Of a stretch of DNA of 51,310 nt, positions 36,770 to 49,000 are shown in pieces. Made by a program: the position numbers and the translations under genes. The notes under the pieces are model-generated. The model ran no database searches. It was not told the DNA's origin and saw only the letters and a program-made list of their open reading frames with translations. The DNA comes from Chlorokybus atmophyticus (Eukaryota; Plantae; Mesostigma and Chlorokybus algae): contig RHPI01002888.1 of the NCBI GenBank assembly GCA_009103225.1, positions 150,102 through 201,411 on the forward strand, in the 5' to 3' direction. How positions within the stretch are numbered: position 1 is the first letter of the stretch; each line of letters opens with the position of its first letter.

Positions 36770-38585
36770 CTCTCAGCTAGACACCCTGCCGCCCTCCCCG
36801 CCCAGCCTGGCCCGGCCTGGCCTGGCCCAACCTGGCCTGGCGAGCAGCGGCAATGGCAGAAGCAGAAGCTCAGTTCAATACTTACTCCTGTAGCACCGGT
36901 GCCGCCGGCGGCCGCTCTGCTGTTGGTTGGTCTTTTTTTCAGTAGGGCAGACATCACCTCCGGCCGTCGTCGCCGCCACCGTCGTTGCCGCCGTCGTCGG
37001 CCTTGTGGAGGATATAGTTGGGGCTGTGGGTATTTGCCGTAATACAAAACCCGCCAAAACTGCCAGTGCTCTGCGTAACGTTAGCAGACGATTTGGCACA
37101 GTCCTGTTTCTGCACCTTCGCTAACGTTCGGAGGCACTGGTCTGTGGGTTTCGCGAGCAAGGCACCATTGACGTATTCATTCCCATGTGAAATGCCCATT
37201 TGCTCTAACGATGGAGCCATAACATGGGGTTGTCGCCATTGGGTGTGGTACAATGACAAAATATGTTCGTTTATGCACATTTTTCAACCACACCTCATTT
37301 TACACCGCCACCTGTGTCAGCATTGATCTGCAGTAGGCTGGTCTGCTAGGCTACATACGTGCATATGCATGCTGTTATTGCTGCATGATATGCATCAATG
37401 TATGTCAAATTTTATCCATTATACCATATGCGATCATGAATTGCACTCTTTAAGAACATGCGTGTGCAACATAATACATGTATACGTATTATGCATATGC
37501 AAGGTATTATATGCAACTTGCGGCATGGCATTACAATATTATAATGATGCTTATGATCATGCAAATTCATGCATAATAATTGTTTATAGTTTTTAAGATA
37601 TGAATGACTTATCCATTGCGGATAGCACAACTACGTAACAGACGATAACAATCATGTATTAGCGCAATGAGTACTGCAAAAATACGTACAACATACGGCG
37701 TGGCACTTGTTTATCTTTTTTAAGCTGGTAAGTGAATGGTACATAGTAGCACTTATTATAAATTCAAACTTACACAGGAATTCTGTTAAGCGCGTTAATG
37801 CATCGCATCAAAACACGCAAGCACACACACAACCCGAAAAGAAGGGGGGGGGGGGGGGGGNNNNNNNNNNNNNNNNNNNNNNNNNNNNNNNNNNNNNNNN
37901 NNNNNNNNNNNNNNNNNNNNNNNNNNNNNNNNNNNNNNNNNNNNNNNNNNNNNNNNNNNNNNNNNNNNNNNNNNNNNNNNNNNNNNNNGGGGGGGGGGGG
38001 GGGGGGGCCCGGGGGTGGTGTTAACAGCCCTTACGTAGGCATCTGTAACATTATCATTGGTCCCAATCAGCAAGAGTCGTTGCTGTGCGTAAAGCTTATT
38101 TTATGCACCGTATGTGGCGCACGTATATGAACTACGCTCCGGACGATAGTACTTGCTGCCCGCTTGCCACACCCTGCCGCAGTACCTGCTTAAGGGTCTA
38201 TAGCTTGAAGTCTAGTTTGCCAAACGGTTGTGAGATTGTAATATTGCTACATAGTTTAACTCTTTCTTGGCCCCCACTTAACCTCGTGTGTCCACCTTGC
38301 TGCCTTGCTCTTGCAATGCTACCTTTTTCTACTGCGGAGTCTGCCACACGCAACTCTTGTGTGCTATGTCATGTTACGTTATATGACACATGTGCTAGAA
38401 GTGAGAGAACAGATGTTGGCGCGTCACAGAGTTGGGGAAATATAAAGGGCTTTACTTATACAGCACGCGGCCAAGCGACTCCCGCACCTCTACATCACTC
38501 TGCAATATTACAAACAACCACCTGCCCCGCGTTTTATTGTTGCTGCATGCAATACCTTAACATCATCTATGAGTGTTACGGGATG

Positions 38586-39186
38586 ACCCGATAGTAACGC
38601 CACAATGGCCACAAAACACACTTCGTGCTTTTGTGGCCTAGTGGTTCATCACATCTAATGAGGACATCAGATACCCAAGTGGGGGGGAATGTCACAGGAC
38701 GACCCGATAATAACGCCACAATGGCTACAAAGCACACTTCGTGCTTTTGTGGCCTAGTGGTTCGTTGCATTAGTCATCGGAGCTTGAGACTTGAAGGTCC
38801 GGAAGTCGAAACCGCCTCGCGGCAGACTAAGAAGTGTTTTTGAGGTCGTTATTGTCGAGCCCAAAAAAATAATGGGTTGCGTGCATTTGCTCAGTGCAAC
38901 GCGCGACTTGCTGGACGGCAATCGGTCATTCCGACGCGACGCGCATACCTAGAGCCGCCGCTGGGTAGTATTGCGCGACTTGCCTGACGGCGACTGACAG
39001 TCAGTCAATAAGCGGCGTAATGCGCGCTGCGACTGATCAGTGACAATTGCAAAGCGCTTTCACTGCTACGTGACGAGATGCTGTGAAACTCACATTTGAT
39101 GAGGACATTAGATACCTAAGTGGGGGGGACGTCATGGGACGACCCAATAATGACGCCACAATGGCCACAAAACACACTTCGTGCTT
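38586..39186 (+). repeat. ~116-bp repeat, 3 partial copies (38586-38762 tandem; 39090-39186), each with a strong hairpin
   Basis: GGCCACAAAACACACTTCGTGCTTTTGTGGCC hairpin and ATGAGGACAT.AGATACC.AAGTGGGGGGG recur. Confidence 0.85.
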
Positions 39187-39740
39187 GGTCGCTAATTTTT
39201 ATGTAGGCTCAAAGAAACCAACTTTTATGCGCAACCTCAAAGCGCAAGGCCACCGGGATCTGCTGCGCCAGTGGTGTTCATCAGTACTGAGGTTTGTGGA
39301 TGACATTCTCATTTTTGGTATTGCCAACTTTGAGGATGTCATGTACACATCAGAGCATGCACCGGGTGGAGGCCTGTTCCCGCAATTCACATTAACACCC
39401 ACCCAACTTGCGATGAGGACAAAAATTAACTTTTTTGATATAAAGCTATTTCAAACGCCAGATGTTTGAGTATGCTCACGCGTGTTTTCTAAGCTTGATA
39501 CCAGTCAATTTGGAAGTATCCCTCGCAGAAGGGCACCTCACCTAGCCACATACATTTTCAAGTTCGCAAAGCTTGAGGTGGTGGTATCCCAGTGCCTACG
39601 TTTCTGAGGTCATGCACGTACCGTTCATATTTGATGTTGGCGATGGTTACGCTATTGTTGGCAATGCAACGCGAAGGGTATGCGAAGGATGCAGTGGTGG
39701 AGATTCCATGGAGGTGGATGTAGCGACAGCGCGGGATGGT
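39187..39740 (+). pseudogene. Penelope-like element RT C-terminal fragment (5'-truncated)
   Basis: LVANFY...SVLRFVDDILIF...KINFFDI, then VFSKLD...APH...KLEVVVSQCLR/FLRSCTYR...LLLAM..EGY (PLE-like thumb), with a stop and a frameshift. Confidence 0.72.
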
Positions 39741-40200
39741 GTTAATGGGGCATACCAATACATGTTCGAGCAGGTACACAAGCGGGTGCAAGCAGCAGCT
39801 ACAAACATGTGAGTGAGGTACGTTAAGGGATAAGTAAGTGTGGGGAGAACTTCTGATTGCCCGCATGTATGTCATTACATTCTGCTGCTGCTGTCGCTGC
39901 ATGCTCTTGCACTCACATTCTTGTGGTGCTGATGTATGTAATCCATGCATGCACTCGTTGCTGAAGCATTGTCATGCACTGACTGTGGTTGCAGGCCATA
40001 CACTATGCACGCACTGACTGCTGAAGCATTGTCATGATTGGGTACCCTGAATCGAGCCTAACCTGAGCTTAACCATGCCGTAACCCTAGCCTAGCGGCGG
40101 CCTTGCCTAACGGCTACTTGTCGGCTGCCAAATCCTAGCCTAACGGCTGCGTACGCTGACTCACAACTACCATGGCTATGTTGAAGTGCGTTGCAGGGTA

Positions 40201-40666
40201 CAGTCTACCCGCGCCAAAAGAATTCGTTTCAAGAGAATAACCCCGTTAGTATCATAAAAAATGAGATCACCAAAGGTTGTACGGGCAGATTATACGTCTC
40301 AAGAGAATATGACTAACCGCAAAGAGCATAATTTTTTTCTAAGAAAAAGTCGTAAGTTTGAGTGTGCATATTCCTAACATCAAGGGAGTAGCGCGTGACG
40401 GGTGTGGCATAAGGCGTGATAAGCGTGATGAATACAGCGTGATGGGTAAAGTGTAACGCGTTGTTAGCGTGATGAGCGTGATGGCATAATAGACGTGACG
40501 TGATGTGCGTGACGTAATGTACGTGATGTGCGTGATGAAACCGTGTTTATAGCATATGCTCTTAACGTTCAAGAGCATATTATGCTCTTAGACGCCAAGA
40601 GCATAACCCCGCCGAGAGCATACGATCTTGCAGGATAAACAGTATGCTCTTAAAGGGGGTAGACTG
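40201..40666. mobile_element. Tc1/mariner (pogo-like) MITE, 466 bp
   Basis: TA|CAGTCTACCC...GGGTAGACTG|TA (10-bp perfect TIR, TA TSD); subterminal AAGAGCATA motifs in both orientations. Confidence 0.8.
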
Positions 40667-40934
40667 TATCACACGGAAGCTTTTCTGCGGACCAGCCCTG
40701 GTCCGCACGTACGAACCAGGGTCAGAGATTGCCCGGGCGGCTTGGGGTCCGGACCAGGGTCGCCCGCCTTGGCCTGCGCGCGCTGGGACCAGGGCTGTTC
40801 CGAACAGTACGTAATTGTCCCACGGTCCATGAAAATCGCACCAGGGCTGGTCCGGGTTAGAAACCGGTGTAAATGGGACCAGTTATGGTTCCCATAGTAA
40901 GGATTGGCATAAGTCCGAGTCTTGATACAAAGTA

Positions 40935-41505
40935 CAGTATACCCTCTCAATAAGGCGCCCTCCAATAGGAACATCCTCGAAATAAGAACTAAAATCGGAG
41001 GGAACGGATGTCCCACGGGCAAAACCTTCCTCCTAATAGGAACCCTCGTTTTAAGATCTAGGAGTGGCCCCACTAGAGGGTTCTTATTTCGAGGGTCATC
41101 ACGCCTTTAATCACGCATTAGTCACGCAATTATTACGCATTTCGTCACTCCTTTGTGACTAGGGCTGGCACTGGCTGGATGGCGTGCTGACGGCGGCAGT
41201 AGCGGCGGCGGCGGCGGCGGGGTTCGGCAGGTGCGTAGCGGCAGCAGGAGGACATGCAAGCGCATACATGTGCATGAGTGAGTTGTGTGTATGTTTGTCA
41301 AATATATATGTGATGAGAGATCATGTCACATGTGCGTCTCAATCGCCGCCTGCCAGTTTGTGCCGGTCTGAGCGTGTGTGTGCGATAAGAGAGAATGTAA
41401 GCCAACAAATGCGCGCTGTCTGCTTGCTTGCTTGCTTGCGGTTGTTTGAGTGTGTGTGTGCATGTGTGCGATAAGAGAGAATGTTAGCCAGCAAATACTT
41501 CCTGT

Positions 41506-41536
<31 letters not shown>

Positions 41537-44258
41537 CTTGCAGTTGTTTGCGCGTGCGTGCATGTGCGCGTGCGTGCATGTGTGGCGTGCCTGCGTGTTT
41601 GCGTGGCTTGCGTGTGCGTTCCCAAATGGCGTGTTTGTGGATGCTGCGTAGCGCACCATGTACTTGTCAATTGGGAGCATAACATAGCGTGAACATGTGG
41701 GTACACTGCAGCATGGGATCACCCAAGAAGCGGACGAGGTTGACTGACTTGCAGAAGAAACAGATATGTCAATTGCGAGTACAACTCAGCTCTTTGACCC
41801 ATGACAAGTTTGTAATCGATGTGAAGACAAAGCTGAAGCTCACCATTTCACGCTCAACGTTGACAAAGATTTTACAACAAGAAGATATGTTGTTGCAGAT
41901 TGATGATAAGCAAGCTGCTTCTCAAAAGACCAAACGCAAATGCAAATATGTAATTATTGAGCAGGCGCTGCTGACATGGTTCCTAGTTGTAAGTACATTT
42001 GAGTATAATTGCATGTTGCCATTTGCAATGCTAACATGTGTGCCTATGTGAACAGGCACGGGCAGCATTGCCGCCAATCTCAGATATGATATTACAAGAG
42101 CAGGCGCTGAAGCTGGCGCAAGAGCACGGCCTTCTTGCCGATGCGTTCAAGGCATCAAATGGTTGGCTGGAGAAGTTCAAGAAAAGGTAAGCACAAGTTG
42201 TGCCGGCACCAGCAAAAGCACTTGCACATGCACATTCACATGCACATGCATGTGCAGCAGCATCAGCACTTGCACATGCACGTGCAGTAGCAGCAGCACT
42301 TGCATCACATGCACACTTACACATGCACATGCAGCACCAGCACATGCGCATGCACACTCAGCAGCACCAGCACTATCTGTGCATGTATATGTGCACTAGC
42401 ACTGGCATTAACATGTGCACATGCAGGTCCGGTATCGATTCCAAGAAAGCTCATGGCGAAGGCGCTGACGTTGACATGGAAGGCGTTGAGCTGGCGCGAG
42501 TTGCTGTCCCACGTGTGCTGCAAGAGTTGGGCGCTGAACCTGCCAACACCTTCAACATCGATGAAGGCGCCCAGTTTTTCAGAGCCACACCTGATCGTAC
42601 TTTGGCATTCGCATGCGAAGAAGTGCGTGGCCTTAAGAAGGCCAAGCAGCGCATCACCATCCTGTTTGGTGCCAATGCGGATGGCTCTAAAAAATTGAAG
42701 CTGCTCCTCATCAACAAGAGTCAGAGACCAAGATCATTTGGCAAAAGCTTCAGACCACACGACTTCGTGCATTGGTTTAGCAATCGCAAGGCTTGGATGA
42801 CAATGCGCATCTTTGAAGAGTATATGCGCGCTCTGAACAACCAGATGAGGAGTGTTGATCGACACATTGTCATTCTTTTAGATAACGCCTCGTGCCATCA
42901 GTTGCCGGGTACGTGACCGCATGGTTGCAAAGATGTCTGCGATTGCGCTCTACACTTACCATTGATTATCATGAACAGGTGCTGAGCAAGAGACGCTGCA
43001 TGGCCTTCAATTGCTCAAGCTTTCGCACATCACTCTGATCTTTTTGCCGCCCAACACTACGTCAAAAGTGCAGCCAATGGACCAAGGCATCATCGCAGCG
43101 TTTAAGATGCGCTACAAGAAGCAGTTGGTATCCTGGCTGCTTGCTGTGTTGGAGCTAAACTCAGGGACATCGCTGAAGAACATCAAGTCTTCGAAGAAGC
43201 AAGCCCTATTGTGGTCTGCAAATGTATGGGATGCCGGCTACCATCATTAAAAACTGCTTCATCAAAGTAGACTTGTGGCCAGCAGATTGGTTTCACAGCA
43301 CACGCGATGATGACATCCTTGAGCGATCCACCCGTCAAGTTGAGAGCGTGGCGAGCGAGCAATGCGCTGAGTTGGATCAGCTGATTGCAAAGCTTGGCAT
43401 CAATGACCGCTCTCTGCAGAAGACTATATGAATCTACCTGGAGAAGACATTGTTGAGGCTGTTCTCACTCCTGCTGAGCTGTTAGCTATGCACGAGCCGG
43501 TGGCAGTAGGTGTTGATGAGTTGCAGGATGGTGATAACGATGTTGACGAGGTTATGCCGCAGCCCGTGTCTGTAGCCGCAGCCATGCAATGCGCGGAGCA
43601 GTTGGCTGTGTTTGTTGCAGATAACCCAGAGGTCTTCGATGCAGCGGACATTAAGTGGGTGGAGCGATGCACAAAAAGGGTCACGAAGATGGCAATAGCC
43701 AACATTGGTCGTCTACGGCAAACCACAATATTAGATTTTGGTGGAGATGAGTAGATGCAGCTAGCAGTCAGACATTTGATGTATGTGGTGCGCGTTATAA
43801 CGCGCACCACATACAACACGTATCAACCATGATAATTATTAATATATGCTGCTGTTGCATGCAGTTGCATGTTACTTAGTAGACTTGAATTGAAGCTTGC
43901 TTTATATTTTGCATAAGTTCATCTCATGCAACAATAACCAGGCAGCATATATACATGCGCATCTTTGCAGATGTTGCATAAATGTGCTAAACTTAATGCT
44001 GAGCTGTAGCACCTCTCATATGCTTGGCACTAGCTAAACACATGGGCTATAAGTGTTGGTGTATTTAACAATAGATCAGGCTTTACAAGACAAGCATGCT
44101 GATGTAAATTGCGGTTTACCTCGATATAAGCACAATTGTTCCTATTGAGAGTTATCCTTTCAATAAGAACAATTGTTCTTAATTCGAGGTAAGAACCCCT
44201 CGTAATAAGAACTGAATAGGGCCGGAACAAACATGGTTCTTATTGAGAGGGTATACTG
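40935..44258 (+). mobile_element. pogo/Tigger-type DNA transposon, 3324 bp
   Basis: Perfect 20-bp TIR CAGTATACCCTCTCAATAAG; TA TSD at 40933-34 and 44259-60; AATAAGAAC subterminal repeats. Confidence 0.95.
41713..43754 (+). pseudogene. CENP-B-like HTH + DDE_1 pogo transposase, 4 exons, two frameshifts in the last exon
   Basis: Exons 41713-41988, 42056-42186, 42427-42908, 42979-43754. FKASNGWLEKFKKR; FNIDEG; LLDNASCH; QPMDQGII (DD42D by manual count). Frameshifts near 43228 and 43407. Confidence 0.9.
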
Positions 44259-44887
44259 TAGCAGCCCATGGTCCGGATCATGGCTGGTGCGCGTCTTTGG
44301 ATACAGTGTAGTTTAACCAGGTGTGGTCCGGTTGGCAGTTTTGCGGTACTTTCTGGCCGCCTGTAACCGGACCAGCTGAATGAGCTGACCGGCAGCGGCT
44401 GAATATGTAATTTAACTAAGCTCTGGCGGCTAACTGCGGTCAGCCGCAGCTGCAATTGAGCCGCAGCTGACCGCAGTTGTGCCGCCGCTGCTGGTGGCCT
44501 GGCGGACGGCCTGGTGCTCCGTATCAAGAGCACCAGGCCACGCCGCTGGCCTGGTCATGCTGTCGCTGCTAGGCCAGTATGAACAGGCTAACGACGGTCG
44601 CCAGGCTATAGCGATGGCATTTTCGGCAGCGGCCCTGCACGGTCATGGCCTGATGACGTTCACCAGGCTATGACGAGGACACGCATGTCCGTGCCAGATG
44701 TGGAGGCCTTCATGCTGCACTTGGCACCTGTCCACAAGTTTATTCCACCGCCAAGCAATAGCATGCATAAAGCAATTAGATGCACAATAGGTGCAAAGTG
44801 TGCATGCATACAAACCATTCGACACACACCAACATGTATAATAGTCTGGCGTTTACAATGGTTTGTATGCAGCTACATCAGCAAACA

Positions 44888-45003
44888 ACTACCCAAAATG
44901 GTTGGTCACCTACTGAAGCCTAGTGCACGTTAACTACCTACCTGCACTACCCAAAATGGTTGGTCACCTACTGAAGCCTAGTGCACGTTAACTACCTACC
45001 TGC
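44888..45003. repeat. Perfect 58-bp tandem duplication
   Basis: ACTACCCAAAATGG...CTACCTACCTGC twice. Confidence 0.92.
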
Positions 45004-46326
45004 ACAACACACAAGCGCACACACATGCACCCACACCCACGCATTTCACTATCTGAGTAGCCACGGGTACATCAACGAGAACTTGTACCTGCGACAGCCT
45101 GAAGTCTGCTCCTCCCTCCCCATCAAGTGTCACACTTTATTGTGCAGCCGTGCACATGCGTATGTATTTATTAAAGAGCTTGCGACTGTGGGTGCGTGCG
45201 TACGTATCAACGACTTCGTTTACATCTTGTGTCGGTTATAAACCTACCGTAGGTGTGACAGTAGGGCAAGGGCTGAGGCAGCCCGGCTGCTTGTCCATGC
45301 GGCAATGGGGGTATTGAAAGTACATTGTTTCAGCGGTTGTTGATCTCGCCAAGTGTGTGGCCTGTGCGCACCAGCATGTTTGAGTGTATACATTCGTGCG
45401 CTAGCTTACGTGTCTGCTGTGTATGCGCACGTATGGCTCTCAATGAGCAACTGAGGGTATGCAACAGTGCTTTACTATTTGTGTGTGCATGTACAGCTAA
45501 CAGTCTAATACAAGCAAATGCACCACATGTATGCAACACAACATCACAATGGCCGTACCTAACAACACGTGCTCACATGCCTGTACGTAGGTGGAACAGC
45601 ACAAGGGGTTGACAGCGAGCATGCTAGCTGGCACCTAAGCAGCAACTGCCACGCGACCAGCACCCGAAGCAAACAAGTATGTGTTGCGCTATTATGCTTG
45701 TATGTGTTGCAATGGTGAGTACGTCAAATTAACGCACACACACACGCGTGCATGCGCACGCGCACGCGCATGCACATTGAGCGGGACTGTAGCAACCGCC
45801 TCATAGGCTGCACTGAACAGTGCCTATGAGGCGGGCTCGTAGACTGCAATGTTCATAACAACCGCCTCATGTGCTGCAATGAACAGCCTGTGAGCTCGCC
45901 TCATAGGCACTGTTTAATGCAGCCCACGAGGCGGCTGCTAACAGTCTCATGGGCTGCACTGAACAGTGCGGCCTATGAGCTTTTTAACAATTGTGTGTAT
46001 GTGTGTACATGCATTCGAGACGAGAACACATGGACGCTTGCACGCGCATATGCACAAGCATACTCCCCCTTCCCCTCCCCGTTCCGCTCCCTTACCCCTC
46101 CACTTACCTTGAGGTTTAGCAGGTGCACCGAAGTGCAGCGCCCCCCCGGTCCCACGCCTTACGAGAACAAGCAGCATCAGGCTTCCCCGACGGTGCCCCG
46201 AATTACCACTGCGCTCCTGCTCTTGCGCGGCATTTAGGGCAGGCCCTCTGCGGCGACTGGCAACATTTGTGTTGCAGACATGCGCACCTGTATGAAAAGA
46301 AATAGAGTTGCCAAGAGTCTCTTGGA

Positions 46327-46347
46327 GGGGGGGGGGGGGGGGGGGGN

Positions 46348-46390
<43 letters not shown>
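46327..46390. repeat. ~64-nt poly-G tract containing one N
   Basis: Seen directly; the length may be an assembly artefact. Confidence 0.7.
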
Positions 46391-46391
<1 letters not shown>

Positions 46392-46962
46392 GGACACACC
46401 TATTCATATGCATAGGGCGGCGCACTGTCCAGCTGTTGTGGGCTGGCTGATAGGCCGCACTGGCCAGTGCGGCCTATGAGCCAACCGATGGCAACTGCCT
46501 CAGGCTGGCTCATAGGCCGCACTTGAGAGTTACATGAGCGTGCGCATGCCCGCGTGCTTGCGCGTGTGCGTTTGCGTGGCTTGTTGAAAAGGTGGGTGGG
46601 TGGGTGGGGTGGGGGGTGGTTAATCCTGTTTACATGCATAGTGTACACGCCGGGCTGTCTCATGGGCTGCACCAGTCAGTGCAATATATGATGGCGGCCT
46701 ATAGCAACTACTTTATAGGCTGCAGTGGATGATGCCGCACTGTCTAGTGCAGCCTATGAGGCACTTAGGCTGATAGACCGCGACAGTCTATCAGCCCAAT
46801 ATTAACAAGTGTGTGTACATGTGTAAGCGTGTGTACCAAGAGCAATCTTTGAGCCAGCGTATGGAAACTGCCTCATAGGCCGCACTGATCAGTGCGGCCT
46901 ATGAGCCAGCCTCATAGGCTGCACTGGATAGTGCGGTCTATAGCCTAAAAAGCGTGTGTATG

Positions 46963-49000
46963 TGTTGACATACACACGTGCAAGTGACACGCCAACAACA
47001 TCAACACAAGAGCATGACTGCTAATGCCATAGCATTCGCACACATGCTACATTGTGACCTCTTATCTTCATTGCAACAAGTCTGGGCTTTATACCCCGCC
47101 AGTCTCTACACACGTCTACATTGGCAAGCACCGCGTGCGCTATACTCAGCCGATTGCTGTTTTGTAAGCTACGCTGTCTAGCTCACAACCAGAGCTTTCC
47201 AACAAGCTAAGCCACGCCTGCTAAGCTTACGTATCCACGAAGCTACGCGATTTCTCCCAAGGCTCTACCAAGCAGCCTGGTCCGGAGTCCGTTATGACTC
47301 GACCATCTTGCTAAGTCTGGAGCCCACGCGCTTCTTCCTGGTACCTTCGACCCTCGACTCCTGTATGAAGGGCAAGCTGACCGGATACAAGCATCACCCA
47401 TGCAATACCTTCAACACTCCCACGCGGGCAGCTTGTCCTTCAACATCAGCTCCTCCAGTATTATTCACACACTGCTTGCTCTTACGCAAGCCTTAACCTT
47501 TTTTCTCACGCCTCCATGCTTCTCATGGATGACCTTGAAGTCATTCACTTCCACAGCAACTTGAGCCTCATGGTTGACCACCAGCCTTGCTCCTTGCTGT
47601 ACATATATGTTGCCTTCATGCACCCGCTGCATCTGTCCTCGTTGACAGTGCCTCCGCCTCTGGTATTAGCCCATGACTCCTCTAGTAAACTTGCTTTCCA
47701 CCACTTGCAGCTCCCACAGGCTCCGCAGTCGCAACCTACTTGTGCCTCCTTGTTGCTCATGACCTTGTAGTATCTTGAAACTCCATCCTCAACCACCCTT
47801 GTCAATGCAGCAACCTTGCGCACACCATGGCCATCTTCATGTCCACGTCCACATGCTTCTGCGTATAGCCTCCAAGCTTCACGCCTCCAGGATGCTCCAT
47901 GTCCAGCTTCCAAGTGATCACGCTTCCAGGATGCTCATCACGCTTCCTCGCATGCACCTTCAGCCAAGCACTCCACATGCTTCAACCAAAGTACCAAGCA
48001 CTTTACCGTGCTTCACCAATGACTGCCCGAGCTCCCCTTCTCGGAAGGTCCATCAAACACTCCACCGTGCTCGACCTCAAGGGTTGCCATCTGCTCCCCT
48101 TCCTTCCACCAAGCACATTAACGTGCTTACCACGGGTTGCCTCTCGCATTCCTCAAAGCGCTTCACCACGCTCCACCAAGTACTCCTCGCACTCAGCAAC
48201 ACGAGCTGACATCTTCAGCTCCCACGTATCAAGGACGCCTCCTCTTTCAAGTACTTCACGTACTCTTTTTCAGTCACCAGAAGATTTCTATCATCTCCTC
48301 CTCTTGGTCCATGTACTTCCGCATCTCCTTGTGGGCCAGTAGTAGCTCCATCTTCACACTCCAAGTGTTGTAGTCATCACCGGCAGTCCAATCGCGATCT
48401 TCAAGCTGTCCATGCTGGTGGCCTTGGTTGGTTGCCCTCTCTGCTCACAGACCTCACAACCCCACACTACCACAAAGCAACTACAGCTACACATACAATT
48501 GTAACACACTCCATCAACCTACACAAGCATGTGTGGGCCCATAACCTGTTGACATACACACGTGCAAGTGACACGCCAACAACATCAACACAAAAGCATG
48601 ACTGCTACTGCCATAGCATCCGCACACATGCTACATCGTGACCTCTTATCTTCATTGCAACAAGTCTGGGCTTTATACCCCGCCAGTCTCTACACACGTC
48701 TACATTGGCAAGCACCGCGTGCGCTATACTCAGCCGATTGCTGTTCTGTAAGCTACGCTGTCTAGCTCACAACCAGAGCTTTCCAACAAGCTAAGCCACG
48801 CCTGCTAAGCTTACGTATCCACGAAGCTACGCGATTTCTCCCAAGGCTCTACCAAGCAGCCTGGTCCGGAGTCCGTTATGACTCGACCGTCTTGCTAAGT
48901 CTGGAGCCCACGCGCTTCTTCCTGGTACCTTCGACCCTCGACTCCTGTATGAAGGGCAAGCTGACCGGATACAAGCATCACCCATGCAATACCTTCAACA
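46963..49000 (-). mobile_element. Copia-type non-autonomous element C2 (same family as C1), young
   Basis: 454-bp LTRs 46963-47416 and 48547-49000 with 6 differences counted; TSD GTATG; PBS GGTTATGGGCCCA (48534-48546); same CAAGCTGCCCGCGTGGGAG pre-LTR tract as C1; degenerate gag start MDSLKI...KMELLL. Confidence 0.95.

Larger units (their letters stand above)
40669..44620. repeat. GGACCAG/CTGGTCC-rich unclassified repeat, split by the pogo insertion
   Basis: About ten GGACCAG-like motifs in 40688-40885 and 44268-44380; hairpins at ~44432-44478 and 44508-44539. Confidence 0.45.

Noticed and set aside
38765-38832. Hammerhead-like fold (TTAGTC/GACTAA, GACTT/AAGTC, GAAAC, CCGC/GCGG)
   Set aside because: The CUGANGA core is absent, the spacing is wrong and the cleavage-site U is missing; at best a decayed relic.
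40045-40198. Tiny TA-flanked element (CCCTGAATCG...CGTTGCAGGG) with telomere-like AACCCTAG
   Set aside because: Only an 8/10 inverted match and one telomere-like word; within chance.
42031-42523. Ala/His/Cys-rich ORFs
   Set aside because: Translations of the low-complexity intron 2 of the transposase.
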